A DNA stretch of 20,000 nt from an uncultured virus (IMG/VR IMGVR_UViG_3300035445_000118) (lineage: Duplodnaviria; Heunggongvirae; Uroviricota; Caudoviricetes): IMG/VR virus record IMGVR_UViG_3300035445_000118; one strand, 5' to 3'. A model generated the notes under the pieces. That model ran no database searches. It had not been told where the DNA came from and worked only from the letters and a program-made list of their open reading frames with translations. Positions 1 to 8,381 of this stretch are shown here, piece by piece. How positions within the stretch are numbered: the stretch's first letter is position 1; each line of letters opens with the position of its first letter. A program made the position numbers and the translations under genes.

Positions 1-702
1 CCACGAGGCGTCGTATTCCTCTTTGACCTCAAACTTATCCAGCCGGGTGGTCACCGTGACTTTGATGGTCTCGCGGTAATCGGTGGGATTCCACTCTTTG
101 TCGACCAGTTGGGGGGAAATCACCGACAGGGTAGCATCGGGATTGACCGCCACGAACTGGTCGCCCAGCGACATCGAATCGTCCGTCAATTTCAGCAGCA
201 GTTCGCGGTAATCCTTCAGGAAGCGTTCCAATTCCTTGTTGGTGTACCGCTTGTTGCGTTCATCGCCCTGAGCGTTTTCGGAGAGCGTCGCGGCCACGCC
301 GCCGCGCCAGATGTAGCTGGCAATGGTCGAGGTGAGTCGTTTGCGGAATAAGCCCCCGAACCGAAAGCCTTCGGCTTTGCCCCGGCGCAGGCGATCCCAG
401 AACTGGTAATCGATCTGGGTGGCGTCCACCGCCTTGGCGATGCGCAGCTTCCACAGCGGCAGCACGGAGACCTCCCGCCCAATCATCTCCGAGGCAGTGG
501 CGGCATACCCGCGCAGCTCGCGCATGTCGGTCGCAATGGTCGTCAGGGCGTAGGGGCGCTCCGAATCGGCACTGATGATGCCCTGCGCCAGCATCTCCTT
601 ATGCACGTCCGAGGGGCTGGCAAACCCCTTGTGCATACACGCCAGCACAAAACGCTTGCGCTGCTCGCGCGTAATCGGGGTGTACACCGTGGGTTTGCCC
701 AT
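1..702 (-). CDS. Probable phage portal protein, N-terminal 234 codons (runs off the window edge; absent from the ORF track)
   Basis: Manual translation from ATG at 702 (1 nt after the upstream stop) stays open to position 1: MGKPTVYTPITREQRKRFVLACMHKG...LTSTIASYIWRGGV...SMSLGDQFVAVNPDATLSVISPQLV.... The position downstream of terL and the SYxWxGG and LGDxFV...DxxLxVISP pattern resemble SPP1-type portals (inference). Confidence 0.6.
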   Translation of the reverse strand, partial: MGKPTVYTPITREQRKRFVLACMHKGFASPSDVHKEMLAQGIISADSERPYALTTIATDMRELRGYAATASEMIGREVSVLPLWKLRIAKAVDATQIDYQFWDRLRRGKAEGFRFGGLFRKRLTSTIASYIWRGGVAATLSENAQGDERNKRYTNKELERFLKDYRELLLKLTDDSMSLGDQFVAVNPDATLSVISPQLVDKEWNPTDYRETIKVTVTTRLDKFEVKEEYDASW

Positions 703-703
703 C

Positions 704-1249
704 TCAGGCCACGTACAGTCCAAACTCGAACTTCAGATCGGTCGTCTGCGTGTAGGTCGGCGTCCCGGTATTGATCACCGGCAGGATGAACAGCCACTCC
801 ATCGACTCGAAGTTGATCAGGGTAGAGCCGGACAGACTCAACCCCGCCAGCGCCAGGGAGGTGCCCGTCGGCGTGCGATAATCCGCCGCTGCAACGGCGA
901 TTTTATCGGGCAGGGCCAGGGCGTCCAGGTCGGCAATGACGGGCGTCCAGGCGGCGTTATCTACGCCCAGGGTGGTCGGGATGCGGTCGAACACCCAGAA
1001 GTCAATAGCGATTTTGAGATTGCGGGCGTCGGTGATCTTCACCCCGCCGATAAAGCCCATGCCTTTGGCACTTTGCACATTGAGCGCCAGCAGGCCCATC
1101 AACACATCGTTGGCCGCATAGATGCTGGTGCTGTTGGCAGGAGCGGTCGAGGTGACGGCGAAGGTGGTCAGACTGGTGACGCGCTGCACGGGGTAGACCG
1201 GGGAGCTGTTGTAATAATGCCGAAACTGCCACATCAAGGGGTCCATCAT
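704..1249 (-). CDS. Hypothetical beta-rich protein between terL and portal, possibly virion-associated
   Basis: 181-aa ORF with a TAATG stop/start overlap with terL; Thr/Ala/Ser-rich with alternating hydrophobic pattern. Confidence 0.7.
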   Translation of the reverse strand: MMDPLMWQFRHYYNSSPVYPVQRVTSLTTFAVTSTAPANSTSIYAANDVLMGLLALNVQSAKGMGFIGGVKITDARNLKIAIDFWVFDRIPTTLGVDNAAWTPVIADLDALALPDKIAVAAADYRTPTGTSLALAGLSLSGSTLINFESMEWLFILPVINTGTPTYTQTTDLKFEFGLYVA

Positions 1250-2673
1250 TACTCCTGGGGGGTTTCATGACCCCGGACTCTACGTGAACGCTGATCTTTA
1301 GTATACCTCAAGTGTTGGCTGGCATACAATCCCTGGACGGGGATACGCCGCACGCTGGTGCGGGACATGCGGCTCAGATAGGTCAACCCATGCACCAGGG
1401 CATCCAGCCGGTCGGGGGATTTCTGCCCGGACAGCGGTTCCCACAGCGCCATCTGCTCTTCCAAATAGGGAAATAGGCCGACATGGTGCACCAGCCCCCG
1501 CTGGTAGAGGGCGACGACCGGTTCGGCGCGCAAGGCTTTCCCGCGATGGGCCGTGATCACCAGGATGGGCAGGTCCCTCCCCCCGCGCACCGTGCGCAGG
1601 GTATGCTCGACCATCTCCCCGCCAAAGTTCTTTTCCGCAATCACCAGGTTGGCCGATTTGCGCGCAAAAGAGGTCACGACCTGTAAGGCCCAGTCGCCCG
1701 GTTTGCCTGCCAGGCTATCGTCGGCCACGACATAAAAATGCCCATGTGCCGCCGCCGAGATGACAATCCCGCATTCGGCCACACTGCCAGGGGGATCGAC
1801 TGCCACCACGATGTAGTCCAGATCGGGGGCGAAGTCCACGCGCGTGGCCTCGATCAGCGCATGGGTCCACAGGGCACCGGGGGCTTCGTCCACGTCGAGG
1901 GCTTCGATTTCCTGCTGGTAGGCCAGGGCGGTCATATCCTGGGCGACTTCCTCCACCGCACCGGGGGGCAGGTAAGGATTCTCCTTCGACGAGAAGTGAA
2001 AGACCTCCCACAGTCCACTGCCGTCCTGCTGGGCCTTTTTGAACAGCTTGGCGGCATGGCGAGGGTCGCGCGCTTTGGACCGGGCCGTGGAATGCAAACT
2101 GGGGGGCGTATAGATGAACAGGGCCCGCCCGCGCGTATCCATCAGCATGGGGGCACCGACCTCGGCCCAGATCGCTTCATCCATCAACTGGTACTCGTCG
2201 AAGATGATCAGATCGGCGGTGTCACCGCGCAGGTGGTCGGGGGACCACCCCGTCATGGCCCGGATGCGAAACAGGGTGCCAGGACGTTCGATGATGTGTT
2301 TGGTTTCGTTGAGGTAATACAACCCCGCCTCAATCGGCTCGCGCAGCGCTTGTTTGACTTCATACCAGAAGCGATCCACCTGATTCGAGGTCGGAGAAAC
2401 ATACAGGACCCGCCCCCCCTCCTTGATCTGCGTCATCGATCCGTCGGGAGCGAACTGGAAGCCCAGAAACTCGGCCACCGCCTCCATCGCGCTGGTGACG
2501 GTTTTGCCGCCCCGCCGTCCAGCGCGCATGATCTTGCGAAGGGCCCGTGAGGCCAGGCACGCCATCTGATGGATATGGGGACGCGGATCGGGCAGATGGA
2601 TTTGCAGGTCAATGACCTGACCGGCGGAGGCCGGGGCCGTGGTGGTCGTTTTGGGCGTCGCGCGACGGGGCAT
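1249..2673 (-). CDS. terL: Terminase large subunit
   Basis: Walker A AGRRGGKT, Walker B LIIFDE, coupling-motif region YTPP, and C-terminal RNase H-like nuclease motifs VVAVDP and SPDRLDALV; GAGG RBS upstream. Confidence 0.95.
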   Translation of the reverse strand: MPRRATPKTTTTAPASAGQVIDLQIHLPDPRPHIHQMACLASRALRKIMRAGRRGGKTVTSAMEAVAEFLGFQFAPDGSMTQIKEGGRVLYVSPTSNQVDRFWYEVKQALREPIEAGLYYLNETKHIIERPGTLFRIRAMTGWSPDHLRGDTADLIIFDEYQLMDEAIWAEVGAPMLMDTRGRALFIYTPPSLHSTARSKARDPRHAAKLFKKAQQDGSGLWEVFHFSSKENPYLPPGAVEEVAQDMTALAYQQEIEALDVDEAPGALWTHALIEATRVDFAPDLDYIVVAVDPPGSVAECGIVISAAAHGHFYVVADDSLAGKPGDWALQVVTSFARKSANLVIAEKNFGGEMVEHTLRTVRGGRDLPILVITAHRGKALRAEPVVALYQRGLVHHVGLFPYLEEQMALWEPLSGQKSPDRLDALVHGLTYLSRMSRTSVRRIPVQGLYASQHLRYTKDQRSRRVRGHETPQE

Positions 2674-2723
2674 ACAATGTCCTCAATTCCTTGAGGACAT
2701 CGTAACACAGCGTATAGATAACG

Positions 2724-3563
2724 TCAATCTTTTCGGAAGATCAGTACGTCCTCTACATTCACAATGGGCAAACCATGCTCCCGACGTCGGCGCTGCCATA
2801 ACGAGGGATTGTCGATCAACCGCGCATGGCGTGCCACCAACTCTAGCCCCATGTTTTGGACTTCGACGACGGTTTGTCCTACCACATCCACCAGCTTCCC
2901 GCGCCGGTAGTGGTTTTTGAGAACAACGATCATCAGTCCCCCGGCGGGCACCAGATCCGCCAGATGGCCATAGATGGTTCGCATGTCCGTCCAGTAATTC
3001 CGCCCTGATTTGTTTCCGGTGTTGGCGCGCCCGCCAGCATAGCGGAAGCCAGCGGCAAATGAAGCATGGTTCGGCTGCTGGATGTACCGATCCCATCGTG
3101 GACCGTGCTGTTTCTCTCTCATAATGCGCGCTCGGCGCTCATTGGAGATTCCATTTCCCGTTTCAAATCCGTAGGGCGGGCTGAACAGGATATGATCGAA
3201 CGGCGGGCAGACAAGTGTCTTCGCGTCGGCCTGGTCAATGTCGATCAGCCCCGCGAACAGTCCGCCGACCTGGTGGATTAGCGGTACGCTGACCTGCATG
3301 AGTGCAACATAATCTGGGATGATGTCGCGCAGGATGACATGGCGCTGTTGTGTGGCCGCGAGCATCAACGATCCCGTCCCGGCCATTGGATCAAGCAGCG
3401 TCTCACCGGGTGCAGTATAGAGGTCGATCAGGCGTTGGAGCAGTCCTAGATGGAGTTTGGCGGGGTGCGAAAATACCTCCTCAGCAAACAACCGTCGTCG
3501 AATAGGCGTATCCACTGGAAAGGTCCAGGGAATTATCTCGACCCCATCCAAGACCGCACTCAT
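2724..3563 (-). CDS. Orphan amino (probably N4-cytosine) DNA methyltransferase
   Basis: HPAK, SAM-binding motif I LLDPMAGTGS, catalytic motif IV FSPPY. Start re-assigned to ATG 3563 (MSAVLDG...), which forms an ATGA overlap with the upstream stop at 3560-3562. Confidence 0.85.
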   Translation of the reverse strand: MSAVLDGVEIIPWTFPVDTPIRRRLFAEEVFSHPAKLHLGLLQRLIDLYTAPGETLLDPMAGTGSLMLAATQQRHVILRDIIPDYVALMQVSVPLIHQVGGLFAGLIDIDQADAKTLVCPPFDHILFSPPYGFETGNGISNERRARIMREKQHGPRWDRYIQQPNHASFAAGFRYAGGRANTGNKSGRNYWTDMRTIYGHLADLVPAGGLMIVVLKNHYRRGKLVDVVGQTVVEVQNMGLELVARHARLIDNPSLWQRRRREHGLPIVNVEDVLIFRKD

Positions 3564-3805
3564 CCAACCACCGCCTTGACATGCCGGTCCAACTCCCAGT
3601 GGAAGTCGAGCCAGCGCCGCTGGAGGGTGACGCCGTGTTCGAACACGGCCTGGGGCGTGCCGGTGCCGGGGCGAGCGACGTAGGCCAGCCGGACGGCGGG
3701 ATTGAGGGCCTGCGCGCGCTGCTCGACGAGCCGCCAGTAGGCAAGTTCGCGGCGGTAGGTCCAGGACGACCAAGCGAAGGAGAGATGGGCATAGAGGGCG
3801 GTCAT
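3560..3805 (-). CDS. Hypothetical protein (MTALYAHLSF...)
   Basis: ATGA overlaps at both ends (3802-3805 and 3560-3563); start re-assigned from the longer ORF in the track. Confidence 0.7.
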   Translation of the reverse strand: MTALYAHLSFAWSSWTYRRELAYWRLVEQRAQALNPAVRLAYVARPGTGTPQAVFEHGVTLQRRWLDFHWELDRHVKAVVG

Positions 3806-4056
3806 GAGAGACCTCCGAAGGGCCACTCTTCCGCCCGCGCTTCCCGTTCGTGGATAATATCCTGGTTTTCCGCCCGCCAACACTCTATCGAACAATACTG
3901 ACGGGTATAGAGCCACCCCGCCAATCCCATCCGTTCTTCTTCTATCCAGCCCTCTGGGGGATGCCAATCTGTCATGCCACTATTTATAACCAAGGGCATC
4001 GCGACTTCCCGACCGCAATGATCGCAGTGTACCAACATTACCGACATGTAGCTCAT
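3802..4056 (-). CDS. Small zinc-binding protein (CxxC...YCSxxC, TRASH/zf-FCS-like)
   Basis: HCDHCGR...PPEGW...YCSIEC; ATGA-coupled; GGAGG RBS. Confidence 0.75.
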   Translation of the reverse strand: MSYMSVMLVHCDHCGREVAMPLVINSGMTDWHPPEGWIEEERMGLAGWLYTRQYCSIECWRAENQDIIHEREARAEEWPFGGLS

Positions 4057-4292
4057 TCCGCCGCCTCCCTTCTCAAGATCGCCACGTGTTCCGAAAACGT
4101 CAGCATCCGTCCCCCACTGGTCCAGCGCGAGAGATAACAGCCCCGCTCATTGATCCGCAACACGGCGTAGGGGCAATGGTCGGTCCGGTTCCAGATCACC
4201 TCGCGGAGATGGGCGGAGACGCCCTGATTCTGCAACGCTTTGACCACTAAGGTCCAATATCGCCGATCCTGTTGAAGACGGGTCTGGTTCAT
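4053..4292 (-). CDS. Hypothetical protein
   Basis: 79-aa ORF ATGA-coupled on both sides. Confidence 0.7.
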   Translation of the reverse strand: MNQTRLQQDRRYWTLVVKALQNQGVSAHLREVIWNRTDHCPYAVLRINERGCYLSRWTSGGRMLTFSEHVAILRREAAE

Positions 4293-4567
4293 TCCGTCGC
4301 CGCTTCGGTTTTTTCCACACGATTACCAACCCCGGTCTCAAAGAGCAGACTGGAAGGTTGTCCTGGCCCTGCGCCACACACGAGGGGTGGTCCCCCCGCC
4401 AATATCAAACGGGGGCGGAAATCGGTGTAACGCAGTGGTTCCGACAGGCGGATTTGCTCTTCCAGTTCCTCCAGCACCCAGAGGGGCGCATGAAGCAGCA
4501 GATGCCACTCCCCATGCTCAGTCCACAGTTCAGCACGCAGGTCGAGGCGTCCAGAATTCATCGTCAT
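4289..4567 (-). CDS. Hypothetical protein (MTMNSGRLDL...)
   Basis: Start at ATG 4567 in an ATGA overlap, preceded by GGAGGAAAAGGA. Confidence 0.7.
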   Translation of the reverse strand: MTMNSGRLDLRAELWTEHGEWHLLLHAPLWVLEELEEQIRLSEPLRYTDFRPRLILAGGPPLVCGAGPGQPSSLLFETGVGNRVEKTEAATE

Positions 4568-4815
4568 TCCTTTTCCTCCGTCGCCGTCTGCGCGTCCCGC
4601 CACGTCTGGTGGCAGGTCGGGGAGCAGAAGTGGTACTCATGCTGCGCCGTGATGGTGAACGTCCCCGCCTGCGTTTGAAAGTGGGTCAAGGTCGTCCATC
4701 CCGAAGGGGCCGATGGAGGCCGAGCAGAGGTCGTGTCCCCGATGGTTTCGATCCCCGCCAGAGTCCGCTTCCCACAGTGGTCACACTCATGGTACCACGT
4801 CGCTTTCAGGGTCAC
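4564..4815 (-). CDS. Small zinc-binding protein (CxxC...FCSxxC), apparent paralogue of 3802-4056
   Basis: ECDHCGK...APSGW...FCSPTC; GTGA overlap at the start. Confidence 0.75.
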   Translation of the reverse strand: MTLKATWYHECDHCGKRTLAGIETIGDTTSARPPSAPSGWTTLTHFQTQAGTFTITAQHEYHFCSPTCHQTWRDAQTATEEKE

Positions 4816-5114
4816 GTTTCGCTCCCCGCTTTCTGCCGCACCGCCTGCGCCTTGTCCAACATCGCCTCCATCTGATCGTCAGTCGGCAAATAAGAGACAG
4901 TCATCCGTGCATAGGGGGATAGGGCAGATAGGATCGTTTTCTGCAACGGGTCCTGAGATGCAGCATTCCGTACTTGAAGAAACAACAACGTCAGTTCACG
5001 GTCGGTTTTGTCTCGAACCTCTTCCTCCAGTTCTTCTCGCCAGGCCAGCAGATCGTCCAGGCGATCCTGGAATGTCAGGCGCTTTGATTTGCGTTTGATA
5101 CGTCGATTGAACAT
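4812..5114 (-). CDS. Hypothetical helical protein (MFNRRIKRK...)
   Basis: ATG 5114 is preceded by GAGGAGAGAA (5128-5119); first gene of the coupled operon. Confidence 0.75.
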   Translation of the reverse strand: MFNRRIKRKSKRLTFQDRLDDLLAWREELEEEVRDKTDRELTLLFLQVRNAASQDPLQKTILSALSPYARMTVSYLPTDDQMEAMLDKAQAVRQKAGSET

Positions 5115-5220
5115 CCGATTCTCTCCTCTCATATCATCGGGGATACCGGGATCGCGCCGCTTTCGGCGGTGGGTGGGGGGAAGAAAGCCTCCAGCAGTTT
5201 GAGCGCGACCCCTGTGGAGT

Positions 5221-5249
5221 AGTATATACGATCTGGTGGTGGTTGGCAA
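5221..5249 (-). promoter_or_regulatory. Sigma70-type promoter for the small-ORF/methyltransferase/terL operon
   Basis: TTGCCA (5249-5244), 17-bp spacer, TATACT (5226-5221). Confidence 0.7.
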
Positions 5250-5499
5250 GGGGGAGGTCAGAAGTCAGCGTAAGAACTTCTTCCAGGGCGGGTGTTTATT
5301 CACCCTACCAACCACTCAGTCCTGCGCTGAACCGGTGCTGGGGGACTGGCGGACATGCCCGCTCTTTGTCGCGCCCTGTATGTGCAGTATAGCCGTGATT
5401 GGTCCAGTTGTATAGGGTTGGGATGAGAACTCGCCGGAAGATCACCGAAAACCAAGGTTTATTAAGATGGCTTCGCGTAACGTGCGGACGCCTTTATGG

Positions 5500-5533
5500 T
5501 TGGCGAGGCAAAACGCGCGATTTGGCGAGGCAA
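5500..5533. repeat. Direct repeat TTGGCGAGGCAA x2 with 22-bp period
   Basis: Exact 12-mer at 5500-5511 and 5522-5533 in the non-coding gap below terS. Confidence 0.7.
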
Positions 5534-5799
5534 GTGTTGGGGCGTGAAGTGAGATGAGGTGGCGGATTAATGCAACGGGGTATATATTGCTGAGATAGCC
5601 ACCCACCCCCTCCCCGCCGTAGGCCACCGGCTAACAGATCACCGGTGCCGGTCTCACCGCGAAGCTGCGCGCGCTGGCCAGCACAGCCGCACGAGCGACG
5701 CAAACCGCCGTCACTGCTACATAAGAAATGGTTGTAACATAATAAAAACTATGTCACACCTCACACGGGGAGAAACGACCTNGACGCTGGGCGCATTAG

Positions 5800-5826
5800 A
5801 ACAAAACAGCCCATAGAAGGGCTGTT
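5800..5826 (-). terminator. Intrinsic terminator downstream of terS
   Basis: AACAGCCC-TTCTAT-GGGCTGTT followed by TTGTT on the minus strand. Confidence 0.6.
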
Positions 5827-5857
5827 GTCTATACACATNNGCTTAGTTGTATAGCAA

Positions 5858-6553
5858 TCAGGGCTGTTGGTCACCATCTACCACGTCGCCCTCAATGACA
5901 TCGCCTGCCGTCGCGCTGTCCGGGCCCATGCTGGGCGCAAGCTGCGCTGGGGGTGGCCCAGAAAAGTGTATGCTGAGGTTGTAGGATGTGTTCGTGCTGC
6001 CTGCCTGGCTCGCTTGGCGATATTTGGCATTGTTCGCCCGTAGCAGCTCGATGTGGAGTCGTTCGGGATACTCTCTATAGATCTCCTCTGTACCGCCCTT
6101 GTGGTAGATTCTACGCTCTACGCCATTAAGTACCCTGTCCATTGCGACATCTTCCAGCATCATCGCACCGGCCGCGTAGTGATCATGTACCACCTGCTTA
6201 AGCGAGGGATCGGCTCGCATCGCATCATACACGGCCATACGAGACACGCCACAGGCGGCCGCTGCTTTCGTGATATTAGGGTATTCGGCCAGCGCGGCCA
6301 GAAAAGCCGGAAGCCAGCCGCGCGTATTTTCGTATTTTTTTGTGGGATATAGCTCCATTTTGTGGGATTCCTGTGGGATAACTTCCCCGCCCAGATCCCC
6401 CGTGTTTTCGCTCGCGTTATCCCGCATGGTCACCCCTCTCGCACGTTCGCCTGGCTGTGCGCTGGCCATACTCTCACCGCTCACAACCGGCTGTGTAGCG
6501 TCGTCTAGCGTGTGCTGTGGCGTATCATGTGCGTCGTGTGCTGTGCTGGCCAT
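5858..6553 (-). CDS. terS: Terminase small subunit, HTH-type
   Basis: FLAALAEYPNITKAAAACGVSRMAVY (HTH), then LEDVAMDRVLNGVE...REYPERL..ELLRA, the pattern of HTH-type small terminases. Likely start ATG 6553 with GAGG RBS; low-complexity termini. Confidence 0.75.
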   Translation of the reverse strand: MASTAHDAHDTPQHTLDDATQPVVSGESMASAQPGERARGVTMRDNASENTGDLGGEVIPQESHKMELYPTKKYENTRGWLPAFLAALAEYPNITKAAAACGVSRMAVYDAMRADPSLKQVVHDHYAAGAMMLEDVAMDRVLNGVERRIYHKGGTEEIYREYPERLHIELLRANNAKYRQASQAGSTNTSYNLSIHFSGPPPAQLAPSMGPDSATAGDVIEGDVVDGDQQP

Positions 6554-6639
6554 ATAGTTACCTCGTGGAGATCCTATCCCTTGAATTGTGAACGTTGGAT
6601 GAATAATCGGTTTCTCGTGGTTTTCCCTGAAATTGGTTA

Positions 6640-6668
6640 TTGACATACTACCGCATATCGTATATACT
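6640..6668 (+). promoter_or_regulatory. Strong sigma70-type promoter for the plus-strand early block
   Basis: TTGACA (6640-6645), 17-bp spacer, TATACT (6663-6668). Confidence 0.85.
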
Positions 6669-6731
6669 GTATGTAATGAAGTGAAGCAATCAACCTACGC
6701 AGAGTGTACCACAGAAAGCAGGGGAACGACA

Positions 6732-6920
6732 ATGGACATCAACCTCTACAACACCATCGCACTCCTAGTGTTCTTTGCAATCATCCCCTGGATTGTCCGC
6801 AGCGCCGAAAATAAGAATGTCCGCGATAACGTGACCTTCGAGCAATGGGCAGGCGGCATCGTTCGTGACCTCATACTCACCCACGCGCAGAATCATCCCT
6901 ACAACGTCAAGCAATCATAA
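6732..6920 (+). CDS. Small protein with an N-terminal transmembrane helix
   Basis: MDINLYNTIALLVFFAIIPWIVRS...; AGGGG RBS before ATG 6732. Confidence 0.65.
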   Translation: MDINLYNTIALLVFFAIIPWIVRSAENKNVRDNVTFEQWAGGIVRDLILTHAQNHPYNVKQS

Positions 6921-6942
6921 CTCAATATAGAGGAGAGAAACC

Positions 6943-7215
6943 ATGTTCAGACGCAATCGGAAGACTCAGAAAAGCCAGTATCCAGACGAACAGACCTTCG
7001 AAGCGCATTTTAACACCTATGGCGAGATTGAATTGTGCCAGATTGACCGGGAAACCGGACTCGCCCTGGTGTTAGTCGGTCGTTTCAATAGCACGACTCT
7101 CCGCCTGTGGCAAAAGGCCAATGCCGTGGAAACCAGCCGGATTATCTGGGGCCGCGACAATGCCGCCGCTGACTTGATCTGGACCCGCAAGCATGGGTTT
7201 GGCCAGGACTACTAG
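6943..7215 (+). CDS. Hypothetical protein
   Basis: 90-aa ORF with GAGGAGAGAA RBS at 6930. Confidence 0.8.
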   Translation: MFRRNRKTQKSQYPDEQTFEAHFNTYGEIELCQIDRETGLALVLVGRFNSTTLRLWQKANAVETSRIIWGRDNAAADLIWTRKHGFGQDY

Positions 7216-7257
7216 ACCACCTTATCAGCCGACTTTAGCCATGAGGAGCACAAGATC

Positions 7258-7707
7258 ATGTTGAACACCAATTCGTTGTACTACACTGAAAACCCTTACC
7301 GCTGGGAGTATCTCCAAGAGGAACAGACTGAAAGCGAATTGTCATCCTTGGCGGACCGGCTGTTAGGCGACTTCTATGAAGCGTACTACCGGCGCCAGAT
7401 CAAGCGCTGGGATTGGAAACAGATTCGCGAAGACGCTGAAAACAACCCGCAAACGTCCATGGACGGCGACTCCTATGGATCGTGCTTTATCGGTACCGTG
7501 TTCGACTTGAATCCCAGCGGAAAGTATTGGACGTGCTGGGCCATGGGCAATGTGGATCGACTCGAAGCGATTCAAGACACCGCATTTACGGAAGCGCTCG
7601 ACTCCATTGCAAACAGCCGGGATATGTGGATCGAATCAGGCGAGGGTGATCCCTGTGATTTGTACGCTTGCATCGGTCTCGACTCGGATGAAAGCGAAGA
7701 CTTGTAA
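7258..7707 (+). CDS. Highly acidic hypothetical protein (candidate DNA mimic)
   Basis: GAGGAG RBS; by hand count 31 D/E versus 11 K/R in 149 aa, with many Trp/Tyr. Confidence 0.8.
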   Translation: MLNTNSLYYTENPYRWEYLQEEQTESELSSLADRLLGDFYEAYYRRQIKRWDWKQIREDAENNPQTSMDGDSYGSCFIGTVFDLNPSGKYWTCWAMGNVDRLEAIQDTAFTEALDSIANSRDMWIESGEGDPCDLYACIGLDSDESEDL

Positions 7708-7759
7708 GCTGACACCAGCTGGCCTAATGGGAATTAGACCAGTCTGTCAGGTGACAAGT
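7700..7759 (+). other. Long imperfect intergenic hairpin 1
   Basis: Nested arms ACTTGT/ACAAGT, CTGACA/TGTCAG, CTGG/CCAG and CTAAT/ATTAG around a GGGA loop; no U-tract. Confidence 0.65.
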
Positions 7760-7781
7760 TAATCAAGAGGAGTGTACTGCC

Positions 7782-7988
7782 ATGAAAACGACCCTGTACC
7801 GCCTTTACCTGAAGTATCGCGCGCACCAGCTGCGCCAATCGTGGCAAACGTTGGATCGTCTGAACGCCCGCGCCCACGCGAATCAGGACGTCGCCGCGCT
7901 GGCGTATTGTGTGGAGCACTACGCGACCCTGTACCGCCAGTCTGAAAGTCTGCTGTTATCGGCCCATCAATACGGGCTTATGAGATAA
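7782..7988 (+). CDS. Hypothetical protein
   Basis: 68-aa ORF with AAGAGGAG RBS. Confidence 0.75.
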   Translation: MKTTLYRLYLKYRAHQLRQSWQTLDRLNARAHANQDVAALAYCVEHYATLYRQSESLLLSAHQYGLMR

Positions 7989-8003
7989 GAGGAGAGAATC
8001 GCC

Positions 8004-8381
8004 ATGTTAACTTGTAGTCGGTGTCACAAAGAAATTGATGATAGCCAAGTCGGGCCGTTGGGGGAGCACTTTGGAGAATGTGGCCGGGATGAAAACGAAC
8101 AGCCGGTTTGCTACGTGTGCTGTGCCATCTGGGACTCGGAACTGATGAAAGCCCAACACAAAACTGTGTTGTATCTCTCCAAGTCCAAAACCGGTCAATG
8201 GTTGGTTTCCAATTGGCCCGGTACGCTCCAGATCAGAGTGCATCAACCGCGTAAGGGTCGTCACAATATCGCCCGGACCCGCTATGATGTCTGGTTCCGT
8301 TATGCCGGGCTGTGCTGGCATGGCGTCCAATATGGGGAATGGACTCAGATTCTCCATTGCAAGGTCGTCAAACCCTTCTGA
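8004..8381 (+). CDS. Hypothetical protein with N-terminal Cys cluster
   Basis: CSRC...CYVCC; GAGGAGAGAA RBS at 7989. Confidence 0.8.
   Translation: MLTCSRCHKEIDDSQVGPLGEHFGECGRDENEQPVCYVCCAIWDSELMKAQHKTVLYLSKSKTGQWLVSNWPGTLQIRVHQPRKGRHNIARTRYDVWFRYAGLCWHGVQYGEWTQILHCKVVKPF

Noticed and set aside
109..2550. Long plus-strand ORFs 109-351, 575-1270 and 1738-2550
   Set aside because: They are antisense shadows of the portal, the 181-aa gene and terL in GC-rich DNA, with no RBS or recognisable motifs.
6661..6689. Minus-strand promoter for terS (TTGCTT-17 bp-TATATA)
   Set aside because: The -10 lacks the conserved final T and overlaps the much better plus-strand promoter, so it is too weak to call.
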